This document shows positions 45,272 to 57,361 of a stretch of 64,000 bases of DNA, piece after piece; position 1 is the stretch's first letter; each line of letters begins with the position of its first letter. The notes beneath the pieces were generated by a model. It saw only the letters and a program-made list of their open reading frames with translations, searched no databases and was not told where the DNA came from. The translations under genes and the position numbers were made by a program. Source of the stretch: Sulfurifustis sp. (GTDB taxonomy: Bacteria; Pseudomonadota; Gammaproteobacteria; Acidiferrobacterales; Sulfurifustaceae); contig JBJMVQ010000040.1 in NCBI GenBank assembly GCA_045810625.1, positions 51,904 through 115,903 of the forward strand. The letters are read 5' to 3'.

Positions 45272-47413
45272 TTAACGAGTGGTCAGTATGACGCTCGTTT
45301 GCGGGCCGACAGGATAGGAGTGTGATCCTTCGTGTGATGAATACGAGTCTTGCGTTGTCTCGCGATAGGTGTCCACAGCGACGCGCCAGTGTTGATCGTC
45401 TGGTACGCCGGGCACGCGGAAAGCGACCGCCTCCGTGCCGGCATTGAACATCAGGTAGAGAATGCAGCGCTCATCTTCGTGCACCAGACACGCGAGCTGC
45501 TTTGCCTTCGGATCGAACCAATTTGGCAACCCACCCTGCGGACTAAACCATTGGACGTCTGCGCTTTTATAGAACTGCTCCTTGCTTAGCATCGGATGCG
45601 CTTTGCGAAAGGCAATCATGTTTCGGGTGAAACGATAAATATCCTGATGCCGCTCCAAATCATTCCAGTCGTACCAGCTTGTCTCATTGTCCTGGCAGTA
45701 CGCGTTATTGTTGCCGCCCTGCGTGCGGCGGAATTCATCGCCCCCGAGCAGCATCGGCACACCGCGCGAGATCAACAGGCTCACGACGAAGTTTTTGATC
45801 TGGCGTTTGCGCAGCGCCGCGATTTCTTCGTTGGTCGTATCACCCTCGACGCCGTAGTTGGCGCTGAAATTCGCGTCGCTTCCGTCGCGATTCTCTTCTC
45901 CATTCGCTTCGTTGTGTTTGTGTCGATAACTGACCAGGTCGTTCAAGGTGAAGCCGTCGTGACAGGTGACGAAATTGATGCTGCACTCCGGACCTTTGCC
46001 GGACTTGGCATAGATATCGGCGCTGCCGCCAATGCGGCTGGCGAACAGACCGAGCATACCGTCGTCGCCGCGCCAGAAACGCCGAACATCATCGCGAAAC
46101 CTGCTGTTCCATTCGGTCCAGCGGCGTTCGTGGAAGCTCCCGACCTCGTAAGCGCCGGCGACATCCCACGCCTCGGCGATGAGTTTCACGTCTCTCAGGA
46201 TCGGGTCCTCGGCGATCCGCTCGAGAACGGTGGCGTTCGCCAGCAACTTGCCCGTGTCATCCCGTCCGAGAACTGACGCCAGATCGAACCGGAATCCGTC
46301 CACGTGCATCTCGACCACCCAATAGCGCAACGCCGCTAAGATGTGGTCCCGCACCACCGGATGATTGGCGTTGATCGTATTGCCAGTGCCGGTGTAGTTC
46401 TCGTAGTAGCGCTTGTCCTGCGACAACCGGTAGAAGATAGCGTTATCCATTCCGCGAAAACACAGCGTCGGGCCCAGTTCATTTCCTTCCGCCGTATGAT
46501 TGAACACGACATCGAGAATTACCTCGATGCCAGCGCCGTGGAGCGCCCGAACCATCTCCTTGAATTCCGCCTTCTGTTGGCCTCGCCCGCCCGAGCTGCT
46601 GTAGGAGGCTTTAGGCGCAAAGAACGTCACCGGATCGTAGCCCCAGTATTTTTTGAGCGGTTCGCCCGTCTGCGGGTTGATACCCGTTACGTGATGTTCG
46701 TTGAACTCGTGCAGGGGCATCAGTTCCACGGCCGTTATTCCCAGTTCTTTAAGATATGGGATTTTTTCCACCAGGCCGCGGTATGTGCCCGGCGCTGCCA
46801 CTCCGGCGCTGGGATGAATGGTTAAGCCGCGTATGTGCGTTTCATAAATCACGGTCTGCGACCACGGATGCGCCGGCGGTCGATCGTCATGCCAGTCGAA
46901 GTGCTCCTGCGTGAAGACGCATTTCGGCATGGCCGCCGCATCATCGACTGTCGAGCAGATCAGGTCGCGTGCGGGCGAGGACGCGTCATAACCGAGCGCG
47001 AGATCAAAAGCCCAGGCCGGCAACGGCGCGATCGCCGTCGCCATAGGATCGAGGAGCAGTTTGTTGAAGTTGAAGCGGTGCCCTTCGGCAGGTTGGTATG
47101 GGCCGCCCACCCGATAGGCGTAGAGTTGACCTGACCCAATCCCTTCACACCGGACGTGCCACACGTCACCCGTGCGGTTGCGCACGGGATCGAGGTCGAT
47201 CACTCTGGCGGGCGTTGCGTCGGTCGGATGATCGAACAACTCCAGCCGAACGCGCGTAGCGTGACGGCTGAACAACGCGAAGTTAACGCCTCCCTCGTAT
47301 CCATGAGCACCCAAACGCAGCGGGTCACCGCGGCGAGCTTCCGTATATTCTGAAGCTGCGGCGGTATCGTTTATACCTTTGGCGATTTCGAGAGATCGAT
47401 TCATCGCTGCCAC
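45272..47413 (-). CDS. glgX: Glycogen debranching enzyme GlgX (isoamylase, GH13)
   Basis: 713 aa. GH13 catalytic motifs (DVVFNH, GFRFDLASVL, EAWD, FVTCHDGFTLND). Confidence 0.9.
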   Translation of the reverse strand: MAAMNRSLEIAKGINDTAAASEYTEARRGDPLRLGAHGYEGGVNFALFSRHATRVRLELFDHPTDATPARVIDLDPVRNRTGDVWHVRCEGIGSGQLYAYRVGGPYQPAEGHRFNFNKLLLDPMATAIAPLPAWAFDLALGYDASSPARDLICSTVDDAAAMPKCVFTQEHFDWHDDRPPAHPWSQTVIYETHIRGLTIHPSAGVAAPGTYRGLVEKIPYLKELGITAVELMPLHEFNEHHVTGINPQTGEPLKKYWGYDPVTFFAPKASYSSSGGRGQQKAEFKEMVRALHGAGIEVILDVVFNHTAEGNELGPTLCFRGMDNAIFYRLSQDKRYYENYTGTGNTINANHPVVRDHILAALRYWVVEMHVDGFRFDLASVLGRDDTGKLLANATVLERIAEDPILRDVKLIAEAWDVAGAYEVGSFHERRWTEWNSRFRDDVRRFWRGDDGMLGLFASRIGGSADIYAKSGKGPECSINFVTCHDGFTLNDLVSYRHKHNEANGEENRDGSDANFSANYGVEGDTTNEEIAALRKRQIKNFVVSLLISRGVPMLLGGDEFRRTQGGNNNAYCQDNETSWYDWNDLERHQDIYRFTRNMIAFRKAHPMLSKEQFYKSADVQWFSPQGGLPNWFDPKAKQLACLVHEDERCILYLMFNAGTEAVAFRVPGVPDDQHWRVAVDTYRETTQDSYSSHEGSHSYPVGPQTSVILTTR

Positions 47414-49944
47414 AGGATGAGCGCGGCCTCCAACGGGACGGCAACGCCGTCGTGGCGTGGGATCAAGCGCGCCGTGTAATCGGTCGCCGGACGTGCCGCG
47501 GACACTCGCGCGCCATAGACATGGTTGTGTGTTGCATCCGCCGACCGCAGGCGCTGCATCTCCAGGCGTACGGGGAGCCCCTGCTCTGCTCCATTGGCAT
47601 AGAGCTCCACCCGTACGGCCGCGGGATCAAGGTCATCGAGATACACCTCGATCTCAAATACGTGCCGCTCCCGATCCGTCTCGACCTTCACTGTGCCGAA
47701 GCGCAGCGCCGCCCATTTTTGTTCGAGCGTGCGCCGCCAATTCACGATCTGCACGCCGCTCGCGCCGTTATCGGCGGCTCGTTCGCGATAGGCGGCGGCC
47801 GCGGAAAGGTAGTGTTGCTCGGTGTACTCCCGCACGGTGCGGTTGGTGGAAAAGCGCGGCGCCAGCTGCGCCATGCTTTCGCGTACCCGCGCCACCCACG
47901 CGACGGGGATATCCTGCGCACCACGCGTATAAAACTCGGAGATCACATGGCGTTCCAGCAGATCGTAGAGAGCGTCGGCTTCGAGGGCGTCGGTGGCGGA
48001 ATCGTCGCCATGTTCCTTCCCATCGCCCAACGCCCATCCGACTTCCGGCGTGTAGGCTTCCGCCCACCAGCCGTCCAGTTCCGAAAGATTGACGCCGCCG
48101 TTCACGAGCACCTTCATCCCGCTGGTTCCGCTCGCTTCCCACGGTCGTCGCGGCAAGTTGAGCCAAACGTCCACCCCCTGCACCAGGCGCTTCGTCAACA
48201 GCATGTCGTAGTCGCTGAGGAAGACCACGTGCGGGCGAACCTCCGCTCGCCGGATGAAGCCCAGCCACTCATGAATCATGGCCTGTCCTGCTTGGTCCGC
48301 GGGATGGGCCTTGCCGGCGACGATGAGTTGTACCGGGCGCTGCGCATTTTTTAACAAACGCAGCAGTCGGTCGGGGTCGCGCAGCAGCAGGTTGGGTCGC
48401 TTGTACGTCGCGAAGCGGCGCGCGAAGCCCAACGTCAGCGCGTTCGGATCGAATATATGCCTTGCCGCTTCAACCCGCGCGGGCGCAGCCCCCGAGGCGG
48501 CGAGCTGCCGCGCCAGATGTTCCCGCACGTACTCCACAAGCGATTTGCGGGCGGCGGCGCGAAATTCCCAGAGATCGTTATCGGCGATGCCGCGGATCAT
48601 CTGCTCCAGCGCATCCGTCGTTCCCAACCAGCGATTCTTTCCGCAAGTTGTCGTCCAAAGTTTGTCTGCAGCACCTGAGTGCCAGCTCGGCATGTGCACG
48701 CCGTTGGTCACGTATCCGACGGGCACTTCGTCTTGCGGCCAGCGGGGAAACAACGGCTCGAACAGCCGCCGGCTCACCGTTCCGTGCAGGCGGCTCACGC
48801 CGTTCACCGCTCCGCTTCCGCGGATCGCGAGATACGCCATGTTGAAGTCCTCAGCCGGGTCGTGCGCGTTGCGGCGGCCGAGTGCAAGCAGATCGTGAAA
48901 CGAAATGCCGAGCTGCTTGGTGGCATAACCGCCCAAGCAGTTTTCGATAAGCGCTGGAGCGAAACGATCGAAACCGGCCGCGACCGCCGTGTGCGAGGTG
49001 AAGAGATTTCCCGCGCGCGTAACCGCCAACGCGACGTCAAAAGGCTGTCCGGTCGCTTGCATGAAACTGCGCGCGCGCTCCAACACCGCGAGCGCCGCGT
49101 GACCCTCATTGAGGTGGCAGACTTCCGGATGGATTCCGAGCGCGGTCAGCAGCCGCCAGCCGCCGATGCCGAGGACCAGCTCCTGCATGAGGCGCATCTC
49201 GGGTTGTCCTCCATATAGCTCGCTCGTGATGCCTCGGTACGGCGGGAAGTTCGCGGCATCGTTGCTGTCCAACAGGTAGAGCTTTGCTCTGCCCACCTGG
49301 ACCTGCCAGGCGCGCAGCCAGATCGGGTAACCCGGGAGGTCGAGCTGCAGCCGCAGCCACTCCCCGTTCGAGTGCCGCAGCGGCGTGATCGGCAGCTGTC
49401 CCGGGTCGTTGTACGGAAACACAGCTTGTTGTTTGCCGTCGGCGTCGATCAGCTGGCGAAAGTAGCCCTGTTGATAGAGCAGCCCCACGCCGACGACCGG
49501 AACGCCGAGATCATTCGCCGCTTTGAGCTGATCGCCGGCGACATTGCCCAGCCCGCCCGAATAGATAGGCAGCGCTTCGCTCAACATGAACTCCATGCTG
49601 AAGTAGGCGACCGCGGTCAGCGCGGATTGCGGATACGTTTGCTGAAACCACGCGGGCGTCCGCGCCGCGTCGCGCTTGGTTTGTACCAGGCTATCGAGGC
49701 TCTTACGGAAAACGGGGTCGCTCGACAGCCGCTCGATCCGCTCGCGCGAGACCGTTCGCAGGACCACCCAGGGATTGTGCGTGACATCCCACAAGTCGGG
49801 ATCGAGCTGCCGCCACAACTGATCGGCGGCGTGATCCCATGACCAGCGCATATCCAGCGCAAGCTCGGCGAGCAAGTCGAGCCCATCGACATTCGTCGCG
49901 GGTTGGAGTTGGTACAACTGACTGGCACGGATGGGCTGGCTCAC
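47401..49944 (-). CDS. glgP: Alpha-glucan (glycogen/maltodextrin) phosphorylase family protein
   Basis: 847 aa. GT35-type phosphorylase with DUF3417-like N-terminus (LAELALDMRWSWDH...). PLP-site region TSGMK. Confidence 0.85.
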   Translation of the reverse strand: MSQPIRASQLYQLQPATNVDGLDLLAELALDMRWSWDHAADQLWRQLDPDLWDVTHNPWVVLRTVSRERIERLSSDPVFRKSLDSLVQTKRDAARTPAWFQQTYPQSALTAVAYFSMEFMLSEALPIYSGGLGNVAGDQLKAANDLGVPVVGVGLLYQQGYFRQLIDADGKQQAVFPYNDPGQLPITPLRHSNGEWLRLQLDLPGYPIWLRAWQVQVGRAKLYLLDSNDAANFPPYRGITSELYGGQPEMRLMQELVLGIGGWRLLTALGIHPEVCHLNEGHAALAVLERARSFMQATGQPFDVALAVTRAGNLFTSHTAVAAGFDRFAPALIENCLGGYATKQLGISFHDLLALGRRNAHDPAEDFNMAYLAIRGSGAVNGVSRLHGTVSRRLFEPLFPRWPQDEVPVGYVTNGVHMPSWHSGAADKLWTTTCGKNRWLGTTDALEQMIRGIADNDLWEFRAAARKSLVEYVREHLARQLAASGAAPARVEAARHIFDPNALTLGFARRFATYKRPNLLLRDPDRLLRLLKNAQRPVQLIVAGKAHPADQAGQAMIHEWLGFIRRAEVRPHVVFLSDYDMLLTKRLVQGVDVWLNLPRRPWEASGTSGMKVLVNGGVNLSELDGWWAEAYTPEVGWALGDGKEHGDDSATDALEADALYDLLERHVISEFYTRGAQDIPVAWVARVRESMAQLAPRFSTNRTVREYTEQHYLSAAAAYRERAADNGASGVQIVNWRRTLEQKWAALRFGTVKVETDRERHVFEIEVYLDDLDPAAVRVELYANGAEQGLPVRLEMQRLRSADATHNHVYGARVSAARPATDYTARLIPRHDGVAVPLEAALILWQR

Positions 49945-50001
49945 AGGTCGTTCCTCGGGTGTTCGTACGATGCAGCCGATACTCGCTTTCCGACTGTCGG
50001 G

Positions 50002-51681
50002 TCAGGACTGCGCGACCGCCCCTCCTCCGCCACGCCGCGGCATGGTCAATGCATCGCGCACGACCGTCTGCGCTTCGTCCAGAATGCGGCGCAGGTGATC
50101 CGCTCCACGAAAGCTCTCGGCGTAAATCTTGTAGATGTCCTCCGTCCCGGACGGGCGCGCGGCGAACCAACCGTTTGCCGCTGCCACCTTGACGCCGCCG
50201 AAAGCCGCGCCGTTTCCCGGCGCGCGGGTGAGAATCGTCTCGATTTTTTCGCCGGCCAGCGTCGTGGAGACGATCTGCTGCGCCGACAGCGTCTCCAGCA
50301 TTTTCTTCTGCGCTGAAGTCGCTTGCGCTTCTACGCGATCGTAAACCGACTCGCCGAGCTCACCGGCAAGAGCGCGGTAAATTTCGCCGGGATCGCGGCC
50401 GAGACGCGCCGTGATCTCCGCCGACAGCAACGCCGGAACGATTCCGTCTTTGTCCGTCGTCCACACGCTGCCGTCGGTGCGCAGAAAGGACGCGCCCGCG
50501 CTCTCCTCGCCGCCGAAGCCGAGCGAGCCCTTGAGCAGGCCATCCACAAACCACTTGAAGCCGACCGGCACTTCGTAGAGCGTCCGACCAAGCTTCGCTG
50601 CGACGCGATCGATCATCCGGCTGCTCACCATCGTCTTGCCGACCGCGGCGGTCGCGCTCCACTTCGGCCGGTGCTGGAACAGATAGAAGATGGCGACGGC
50701 GAGGTAGTGATTCGGCGGCAGCAACCCGGCGCTCCGCGCCGTTATCCCATGACGATCGTGATCGGTGTCGCACGCGAACGCGATGTCGAAGCAGTCCTTA
50801 AGCCCGATCAACCGCCGCATGGCGTAGGGCGAGGACGGGTCCATGCGAACGCGGCCGTCCCAGTCGAGCGGCATGAAGCGGAACGTCGGATCGACGATGT
50901 CGTTGACCACGGTAAGGTTCAAGCCGTAGCGCTCGGCGATCCGCGGCCAGTAGTGAACGCCCGCGCCGCCGAGCGGATCCACGCCCATGCGGACGTCCGC
51001 GCCGCGAATCGCGTCCATGTCGATCACCTGATCGAGGTCGGCCACATACGCAGCGAGAAAATTGTGCCGATGCGTAGTGGCGGCGCGCGCTGCTTGCTCG
51101 AATGCGACTTTCTTTACGCCGCGCAGGCCGGTTTCGAGATGTGCGTTGGCTTTCGCTTCGATCCATGCGGTGACCTCGATTTGCGCCGGCCCGCCGTGAG
51201 GCGGGTTGTACTTGAACCCGCCGTCTTCGGGCGGATTGTGCGAAGGCGTTATGACGATACCATCGGCGAGTCGTGAATCGCGCCCGCGGTTGTAGGTGAG
51301 TATCGCGTGCGAAATCGCCGGCGTCGGGGTGTATTCGTCATGCTCGGCAAGCATGACGTCCACGTCGTTCGCCGCCAGCACTTCGAGAGCGCTCGCGCAC
51401 GCCGGCACGGAGAGCGCGTGCGTGTCCATACCGAGGAACAGCGGACCATCCACACCGCGCCGCTGGCGATATTCGCAAATCGCCTGTGTGATCGCGAGAA
51501 CGTGCCGTTCGTTGAAACTCGTGGCGAAAGCAGAACCGCGATGCCCCGACGTACCGAACGCGACGCGCTGCCCGGCGACCGACGGATCCGGGATTTCCGT
51601 GTAATAGGCCGTCACGAGTTTAGGTACGTCGACCAGCATCGAAACTTCGAGTGGTTTACCTGCCATGGGATGAGTTTTCAT
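50002..51681 (-). CDS. pgm: Phosphoglucomutase (alpha-D-glucose phosphate-specific)
   Basis: 559 aa. Active-site TPSHNP, GGFKYNPPHGGP, metal-binding DTDHDRHG. Confidence 0.9.
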   Translation of the reverse strand: MKTHPMAGKPLEVSMLVDVPKLVTAYYTEIPDPSVAGQRVAFGTSGHRGSAFATSFNERHVLAITQAICEYRQRRGVDGPLFLGMDTHALSVPACASALEVLAANDVDVMLAEHDEYTPTPAISHAILTYNRGRDSRLADGIVITPSHNPPEDGGFKYNPPHGGPAQIEVTAWIEAKANAHLETGLRGVKKVAFEQAARAATTHRHNFLAAYVADLDQVIDMDAIRGADVRMGVDPLGGAGVHYWPRIAERYGLNLTVVNDIVDPTFRFMPLDWDGRVRMDPSSPYAMRRLIGLKDCFDIAFACDTDHDRHGITARSAGLLPPNHYLAVAIFYLFQHRPKWSATAAVGKTMVSSRMIDRVAAKLGRTLYEVPVGFKWFVDGLLKGSLGFGGEESAGASFLRTDGSVWTTDKDGIVPALLSAEITARLGRDPGEIYRALAGELGESVYDRVEAQATSAQKKMLETLSAQQIVSTTLAGEKIETILTRAPGNGAAFGGVKVAAANGWFAARPSGTEDIYKIYAESFRGADHLRRILDEAQTVVRDALTMPRRGGGGAVAQS

Positions 51682-51700
51682 CGGCCGAGGCTCGCGCTGC

Positions 51701-53809
51701 TCAATGGCTCGCAGCGCGCAATTGCTTCTTGGCGGCAGCGACGACGTGAGCGGGTTCGAACCCGAAGTGCTGGGCGACGACCTTCATCGGTGCGGACAGC
51801 CCGAAGGTGTGCACGCCGAGGATCGTCCCGCCCGAACCGGTATAGCGTTCCCAACCGAAGCCGGACGCTTCTTCAACCGCAACGCGCGCGGTTACCGCTG
51901 GAGGCAACACGCTATCGCGATACTCCTGGCTCTGATGCTCGAACAGCTCCCACGAAGCCATGCTGACCACGCGCGCCTTAATACCTTCCGACGCCAGTTG
52001 CTCGTAAGCGGCGATGCAGAGCGAGACTTCGCTGCCGGTCGCGAGCAGCAACACCTCGGGCCGCCGGTTCGGGGCGTCCGCGAGTACGTAAGCCCCGCGC
52101 GCGACGCCGCTCGCCGGCGCGTACTTGGTGCGGTCCAACGTCGGAAGCGCCTGCCGCGTCAGCACCAGGCTGACCGGCCGATCCTTGATCTGCATGGCCA
52201 CCCGCCAAGCTTCGACCACTTCGTTGGCATCGGCCGGGCGCAACAAAATCATGCCGGGCATCGCGCGAAACGACGCGAGTTGCTCGATCGGCTGATGCGT
52301 CGGTCCGTCCTCGCCCATGCTGATCGAGTCATGCGTCCAGATGAAGATGACCGGTAGTTCCATCATCGCACTGAGCCGCAATGCGCCCCGGCAGTAGTCG
52401 GTGAAGACGAGGAAGCTCGCGGCATAGGGCCGCAATTTTGCCAGGCTCAATCCGCTCGCGACGGAGCACATCGCGTGCTCGCGGACACCGAAATGAAAGT
52501 TCCGCCCGCGGTAGTCGCCCTCCGCGCCCGGCGCCTGAAACGCGCCGGCGAAGTCGAAGCTCAAGTGCGTCTTCGTTGAAGGCGCGAGGTCCGCCGCGCC
52601 GCCGAGCAGCCAGGGGATTTTTTGGGCGATGGCGTTCAACACTTGGCCGGATGAGTCGCGCGTCGCGATGCCCTTCGCATCGGCCGGAAAAACAGGCAGC
52701 GCGCTGTCCCAACCGTCCGGCAAGTCGCGATGCTGTATTCGATCGATCTGGTCGGCGAGGTCCGGATATTGCTTGCGGTACGCTTCGAACAACTGGTGCC
52801 AGGCAGCGCGCGCGGTTGCACCGCGCCGGCCGACGTGCTCCTTGAAGTGTGTCGTCACGCCGGCCGGGATGTAGAACTGCGCGTCGGGATCCCAGCCGTA
52901 AAATTCCTTCGCGAGTCGCGCCTCTTGCGCACCCAGCGGTTCGCCGTGGGCTTCGCGCGTGTCCTGTTTATGCGGCGCACCATAGCCAATGTGGCTTTGC
53001 ACGATGATCAACGTAGGCCGATCGTGCGTATCGAGAAATGTTTGGAAAGCCCGGGTCAACATCTCCAGATCGTTGGCATCGCTGACGCGCACGACGTTCC
53101 ACCCGTAGCCGAGAAAACGGGCCGCCACGTCTTCGGTGAACGTAAGGCTCGTTGGACCCTCGATCGTGACGTGGTTGTCGTCGTAGACCCAGCAGAGGTT
53201 GGCCAATTTGAGGTGACCGGCGAGCGATGCCGCTTCGCTGCTGACCCCCTCCATCATGTCGCCATCGCCGCAAAGCGCATACACGCGGTAGTCGAATAGT
53301 TCGTGGCCAGGCCGGTTGTAGGTGGCGGCGAGCCAGCGCTCCGCAATTGCCATGCCGACGCTTGTCGCCGCGCCCTGTCCGAGCGGCCCGGTGGTCGTTT
53401 CCACTCCCGACGTCCAGCCATACTCCGGATGACCCGTGCAACGGCTGCCGGCCTGGCGGAACGTTTTAATGTCGTCGAGCGTCACGGCGAGCCGATCGCG
53501 GTGTTCGTAAGACGCGTTCATGGCCTTGACGCCGCAGAGGTGCAGCACGCTGTAGAGCACCATTGACGCATGGCCGGCCGAGAGCACGAACCGATCGCGG
53601 TTCGGCCAGTTCGGATCTTGCGGGTCGAAGCCAAGAAAACGTTGCCAGAGGCAGTAGACCGTCGGCGCGGCGTCCATCGGCGTGCCGGGGTGGCCGGACT
53701 GTGCCTTTTGCACGGCATCGATCGAAAGCGCGCGGATCGTGTTGACGCAGAGCTTGTCCAGTTGAGCCGCGGTCGTGCTGCGCGCCGCCGTTTCCTCGCC
53801 GACGTTCAT
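51701..53809 (-). CDS. tkt: Transketolase
   Basis: 702 aa. TPP-binding GDG..MEG and C-terminal domain. Confidence 0.9.
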   Translation of the reverse strand: MNVGEETAARSTTAAQLDKLCVNTIRALSIDAVQKAQSGHPGTPMDAAPTVYCLWQRFLGFDPQDPNWPNRDRFVLSAGHASMVLYSVLHLCGVKAMNASYEHRDRLAVTLDDIKTFRQAGSRCTGHPEYGWTSGVETTTGPLGQGAATSVGMAIAERWLAATYNRPGHELFDYRVYALCGDGDMMEGVSSEAASLAGHLKLANLCWVYDDNHVTIEGPTSLTFTEDVAARFLGYGWNVVRVSDANDLEMLTRAFQTFLDTHDRPTLIIVQSHIGYGAPHKQDTREAHGEPLGAQEARLAKEFYGWDPDAQFYIPAGVTTHFKEHVGRRGATARAAWHQLFEAYRKQYPDLADQIDRIQHRDLPDGWDSALPVFPADAKGIATRDSSGQVLNAIAQKIPWLLGGAADLAPSTKTHLSFDFAGAFQAPGAEGDYRGRNFHFGVREHAMCSVASGLSLAKLRPYAASFLVFTDYCRGALRLSAMMELPVIFIWTHDSISMGEDGPTHQPIEQLASFRAMPGMILLRPADANEVVEAWRVAMQIKDRPVSLVLTRQALPTLDRTKYAPASGVARGAYVLADAPNRRPEVLLLATGSEVSLCIAAYEQLASEGIKARVVSMASWELFEHQSQEYRDSVLPPAVTARVAVEEASGFGWERYTGSGGTILGVHTFGLSAPMKVVAQHFGFEPAHVVAAAKKQLRAASH

Positions 53810-55458
53810 GACGGCGCTCGCCGGAGTCGGCGATAGCGCCGAATGAGCGTGTTGGTCGAACTGTCATGCCGCGGCGCCGGCTCGTCTTCACCCACAAGCT
53901 CGGACATCGTGCGCTGCGCCAACGCTTTGCCGAGCTCGACACCCCACTGATCGAATGAATCGATGTTCCAGATCGTGCCTTGGGTGAAGACGCTGTGCTC
54001 GTAAAGTGCGATCAGCGCTCCCAATGTTTGCGGCGTGAGGCGCTCGGCGAGCAACGTGTTGGTCGGGCGATTGCCCTCGAACACGCGGTGCGGTACCAGC
54101 CAATCAGGGATGCCATCGGCTTTCACTTCATCCGCCGACTTGCCGAATGCCAGCGCCTCGGTTTGGGCGAACAAGTTTGACATCAATAAATCATGATGTT
54201 CGCCGATGGGGTTCAGGGATTGGCAGAAACCGATGAAGTCGCATGGCACGCAGCGGGTCCCTTGATGTATCAGCTGATAGAACGAGTGTTGGCCGTTGGT
54301 GCCCGGCTCGCCCCACACGATGGGAGCGGTTTGGTAGTCGACGCGGACGCCGTCGCATGTGACGTGCTTACCGTTACTCTCCATCGTCAGTTGCTGCAGA
54401 TAGGCCGGGAAGCGCTTGAGCGACTGCGCGTAAGGCAACACCGCGACGGTCTCAGCGCCGAGAAAGTTGTTGTTCCAGACCGCGAGCAACCCCATGAGTG
54501 CCGGCAAGTTGCGGTCAAAGGGGGCGCTGCGGAAATGCTCATCGAGCGCGCGGAAACCGGCGAGCATGGCGCGAAAGTTTTCCGCGCCGATCGCGATCAT
54601 GGTAGAGAGCCCGACCGCCGAATCCATCGAGTAACGGCCACCGACCCAGTCCCAGAAACCGAACATGTTGGCGGTGTCGATGCCGAAGCTCGTCACCGCG
54701 TCGGCGTTGGTCGAAACCGCCACGAAGTGCCTCGCGACGGCTCGATCGTCGCCGAGCTTGCGCAAGGTCCAGGCGCGGGCGGTACGCGCGTTCGTCAGCG
54801 TCTCGAGCGTCGTGAAAGTTTTCGAACATACGATAAACAACGTCTCTTCGGGATCGAGGTCGTGCGTTGCTTCTTCGAAATCGGTGCCGTCCATGTTGGA
54901 GACGAACCGCAGCTGCAGGCTGGCCTGGCTGTAATGGCGCAACGCTTCGTACGCCATCGCCGGGCCGAGATCGGAGCCGCCGATGCCGATATTGACGATG
55001 TTGCGGATGCGCCTGCCCGTATATCCGCGCCATTCCCCGCTACGGACCTGCTCGGAGAAGGCAGCCATGCGACCGAGCACCGCGTGCACTTCGGACACGA
55101 CGTCGCGGCCGTCGACGGCGATCCGCGCATTCTTCGGCGCACGCAATGCGACATGCAGCGCGGCGCGCTTTTCCGTTGCGTTGACGGCCTCGCCTGCGAA
55201 CATCGCGGCCATCCGTTCGCGCAGGCGGCACTCCTCGGCGAGATTCACCAGCAGCCCGATTGTTTCTCCGGTGATGCGGTTCTTGGAGTAATCGAGGTAA
55301 ATCCCGGCCGCTTCGCACGCGAAGCGCTCGCCGCGACCGGGATCGCGGTCGAAGAGCTGGCGCAGAGACAAATGGCGCACGGTTTGGCAGTGCGCCTCGA
55401 GCGCCTGCCATGCGCGCACGTGCGTTCGCGGCAGCGTTGAAGCCGAATGCGCGGTCAT
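53806..55458 (-). CDS. pgi: Glucose-6-phosphate isomerase
   Basis: 550 aa. Full-length PGI family match. Confidence 0.9.
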   Translation of the reverse strand: MTAHSASTLPRTHVRAWQALEAHCQTVRHLSLRQLFDRDPGRGERFACEAAGIYLDYSKNRITGETIGLLVNLAEECRLRERMAAMFAGEAVNATEKRAALHVALRAPKNARIAVDGRDVVSEVHAVLGRMAAFSEQVRSGEWRGYTGRRIRNIVNIGIGGSDLGPAMAYEALRHYSQASLQLRFVSNMDGTDFEEATHDLDPEETLFIVCSKTFTTLETLTNARTARAWTLRKLGDDRAVARHFVAVSTNADAVTSFGIDTANMFGFWDWVGGRYSMDSAVGLSTMIAIGAENFRAMLAGFRALDEHFRSAPFDRNLPALMGLLAVWNNNFLGAETVAVLPYAQSLKRFPAYLQQLTMESNGKHVTCDGVRVDYQTAPIVWGEPGTNGQHSFYQLIHQGTRCVPCDFIGFCQSLNPIGEHHDLLMSNLFAQTEALAFGKSADEVKADGIPDWLVPHRVFEGNRPTNTLLAERLTPQTLGALIALYEHSVFTQGTIWNIDSFDQWGVELGKALAQRTMSELVGEDEPAPRHDSSTNTLIRRYRRLRRAPS

Positions 55459-56558
55459 CCTCGCCCTCCGGCTCGATGCGCTTGCGTGAGCGTGGCGCGC
55501 TTCGTATCGAGGCGGCTCATGAGATCCGCCCAGGACTTGGCGAAGGCCCGCGTTCCGGCCTGTTGCAGTTGAACGGCGAGCTCCGCGTCGTTCACCCCGG
55601 CGCGAGCAAATTCCGCGAGCACTTCTTCCGCGTCGCCGCCATCGACCGGCATCACGTCTTTCACCTGGCCGTGCGCCGCGAATGCACGCAATGTTTTCTC
55701 GGGTAACGTATTGATCGTGTCCGGCGCCGCGAGCGCTTCGACGTAGAGCGTGTCCGGCGCGCTCGGGTCTTTCGTGCCCGTGCTGGCCCAGAGCAGGCGT
55801 TGTGGCTGAGCGCTGGCGTTGGCGAGCGTGCGCCAGCGCACCGACGTCAGTAATTCGCGGTACGCGCGGTACGTGCGTCGCGCGATGGCTATGCCGAGGC
55901 GGTTCCGCAGGCTGTTCGGCACCCTGTCGGCGACCGCGGCGTCCCAGCGGCTGACGAAAATCGACGCGGCCGAGCCGACCACCGGGTCGAGGCCGGCGGC
56001 GATGCGCCGTTCGATGCCGCGCATGTAGGCTTCGGCGGACGCGATGTACTGCTCGCGCGAGAACAGCAACGTGACGTTGACCGGCACACCGGCGAAGATC
56101 GCTTCCTCTATCGCGGGTATGCCGGCCGGGGTGCCGGGGATCTTGATGAAGAGGTTCGGGCGCTGCGCACGCACATGAAACTCTATAGCCGCCTTGACGC
56201 TGCCGGCAGTGTCCTCCGAGAGCAGCGGCGACAACTCCAGCGACACCCAGCCGTCGACGCCGTCCGTGGCGTCGTGAATCGGGCGGAAAAGATCCGCGGC
56301 TTGCACCAAATCCTCCAACGCCAGTTCATAGAACAGCGCCTCACCCGACATGCCGGTGGCCGCCTTTTGGTCGATCGCCTCGTCATAGAAGTCGGCGTCC
56401 TTGATCGCCTTGTCAAAGATCGTGGGGTTGGAGGTCAGCCCCGTTACCGAATAATCGTCCATGTAGCGGCGCAGCCCGCCGCTGGTCAGGAGTCCGCGCG
56501 TGATGTTGTCGAGCCAAAGACTCTGGCCGAGATCATGCAGCTTCTGTGTCGTCTTCAT
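55455..56558 (-). CDS. tal: Transaldolase
   Basis: 367 aa. TSNPTIF motif. Schiff-base lysine region. Confidence 0.9.
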   Translation of the reverse strand: MKTTQKLHDLGQSLWLDNITRGLLTSGGLRRYMDDYSVTGLTSNPTIFDKAIKDADFYDEAIDQKAATGMSGEALFYELALEDLVQAADLFRPIHDATDGVDGWVSLELSPLLSEDTAGSVKAAIEFHVRAQRPNLFIKIPGTPAGIPAIEEAIFAGVPVNVTLLFSREQYIASAEAYMRGIERRIAAGLDPVVGSAASIFVSRWDAAVADRVPNSLRNRLGIAIARRTYRAYRELLTSVRWRTLANASAQPQRLLWASTGTKDPSAPDTLYVEALAAPDTINTLPEKTLRAFAAHGQVKDVMPVDGGDAEEVLAEFARAGVNDAELAVQLQQAGTRAFAKSWADLMSRLDTKRATLTQAHRAGGRG

Positions 56559-57361
56559 CGTTCCTCCTGTTCATTTGGCCGTCCTACCGAACCGATCGGA
56601 TGGCCGGCCGTTAAACACAGCGGGTCGGGTCTGCTCTGGCGCACACCGGGAGTTTGCGCATCCGCGTCTCCGTTTTCCGGCCGCGGCTCGCGGAAAGCGG
56701 CATGGTCGGAGACTTCCTCGATCAGACAGTCGATGCGTTCGATCGTCACGTCGGCCGGCGAATAGGCGGCGGTGATTTTGGCGTCCAGTGCGTAGTGGCC
56801 CTGGCGTGGGAAAACGGTCGTCAGACGATTCCCCCAAATCCTTTTCATCGCCGCCAGAATGCGCAGCTTGTCATCCACCATGACGTAGTGACCGGCCGGG
56901 TAACGTTGCTCGACGTCATCCAGCATTTGTTCCTTGTGCAGATAAATCAGTACTCGCCCGTCGACCGCGTCCCACAGCCCCGATCGTTGAATCTTGCGCG
57001 GCTGGAATACGACATCGCCGTCCGACAGGATGACCGTCTCCCCCCAATTGCGAAGATGGGCGATGACATCGAGCGCGCCGGGATAAAGCCGCTCGGCGAA
57101 CGGATAGTCGACCAGGAACGCGGACATGAGCAGCAACCGCGGATCGGTAAGGGCCGCGAGCCGGTAACGTTGCAAGGCGCCCAGGTAATCCGCGTAGCCG
57201 AGCTCGGCGCGCAGCGCTTCGAAAATACTCCAGTATCGGTCTCGGCTGTCGCCACCGAACTGGTGCAACAGATAATCGTCGAGATCGGCCGCGATGCGAT
57301 CGTTATCGAGCAACGTGTTATCTACATCGAGCAGAAACACGACTTCGCGCGCGGTCCTCAT
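56555..57361 (-). CDS. HAD-superfamily hydrolase
   Basis: ORF trimmed to ATG 57361 ([22 protein letters not shown] motif I). Confidence 0.65.
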   Translation of the reverse strand: MRTAREVVFLLDVDNTLLDNDRIAADLDDYLLHQFGGDSRDRYWSIFEALRAELGYADYLGALQRYRLAALTDPRLLLMSAFLVDYPFAERLYPGALDVIAHLRNWGETVILSDGDVVFQPRKIQRSGLWDAVDGRVLIYLHKEQMLDDVEQRYPAGHYVMVDDKLRILAAMKRIWGNRLTTVFPRQGHYALDAKITAAYSPADVTIERIDCLIEEVSDHAAFREPRPENGDADAQTPGVRQSRPDPLCLTAGHPIGSVGRPNEQEER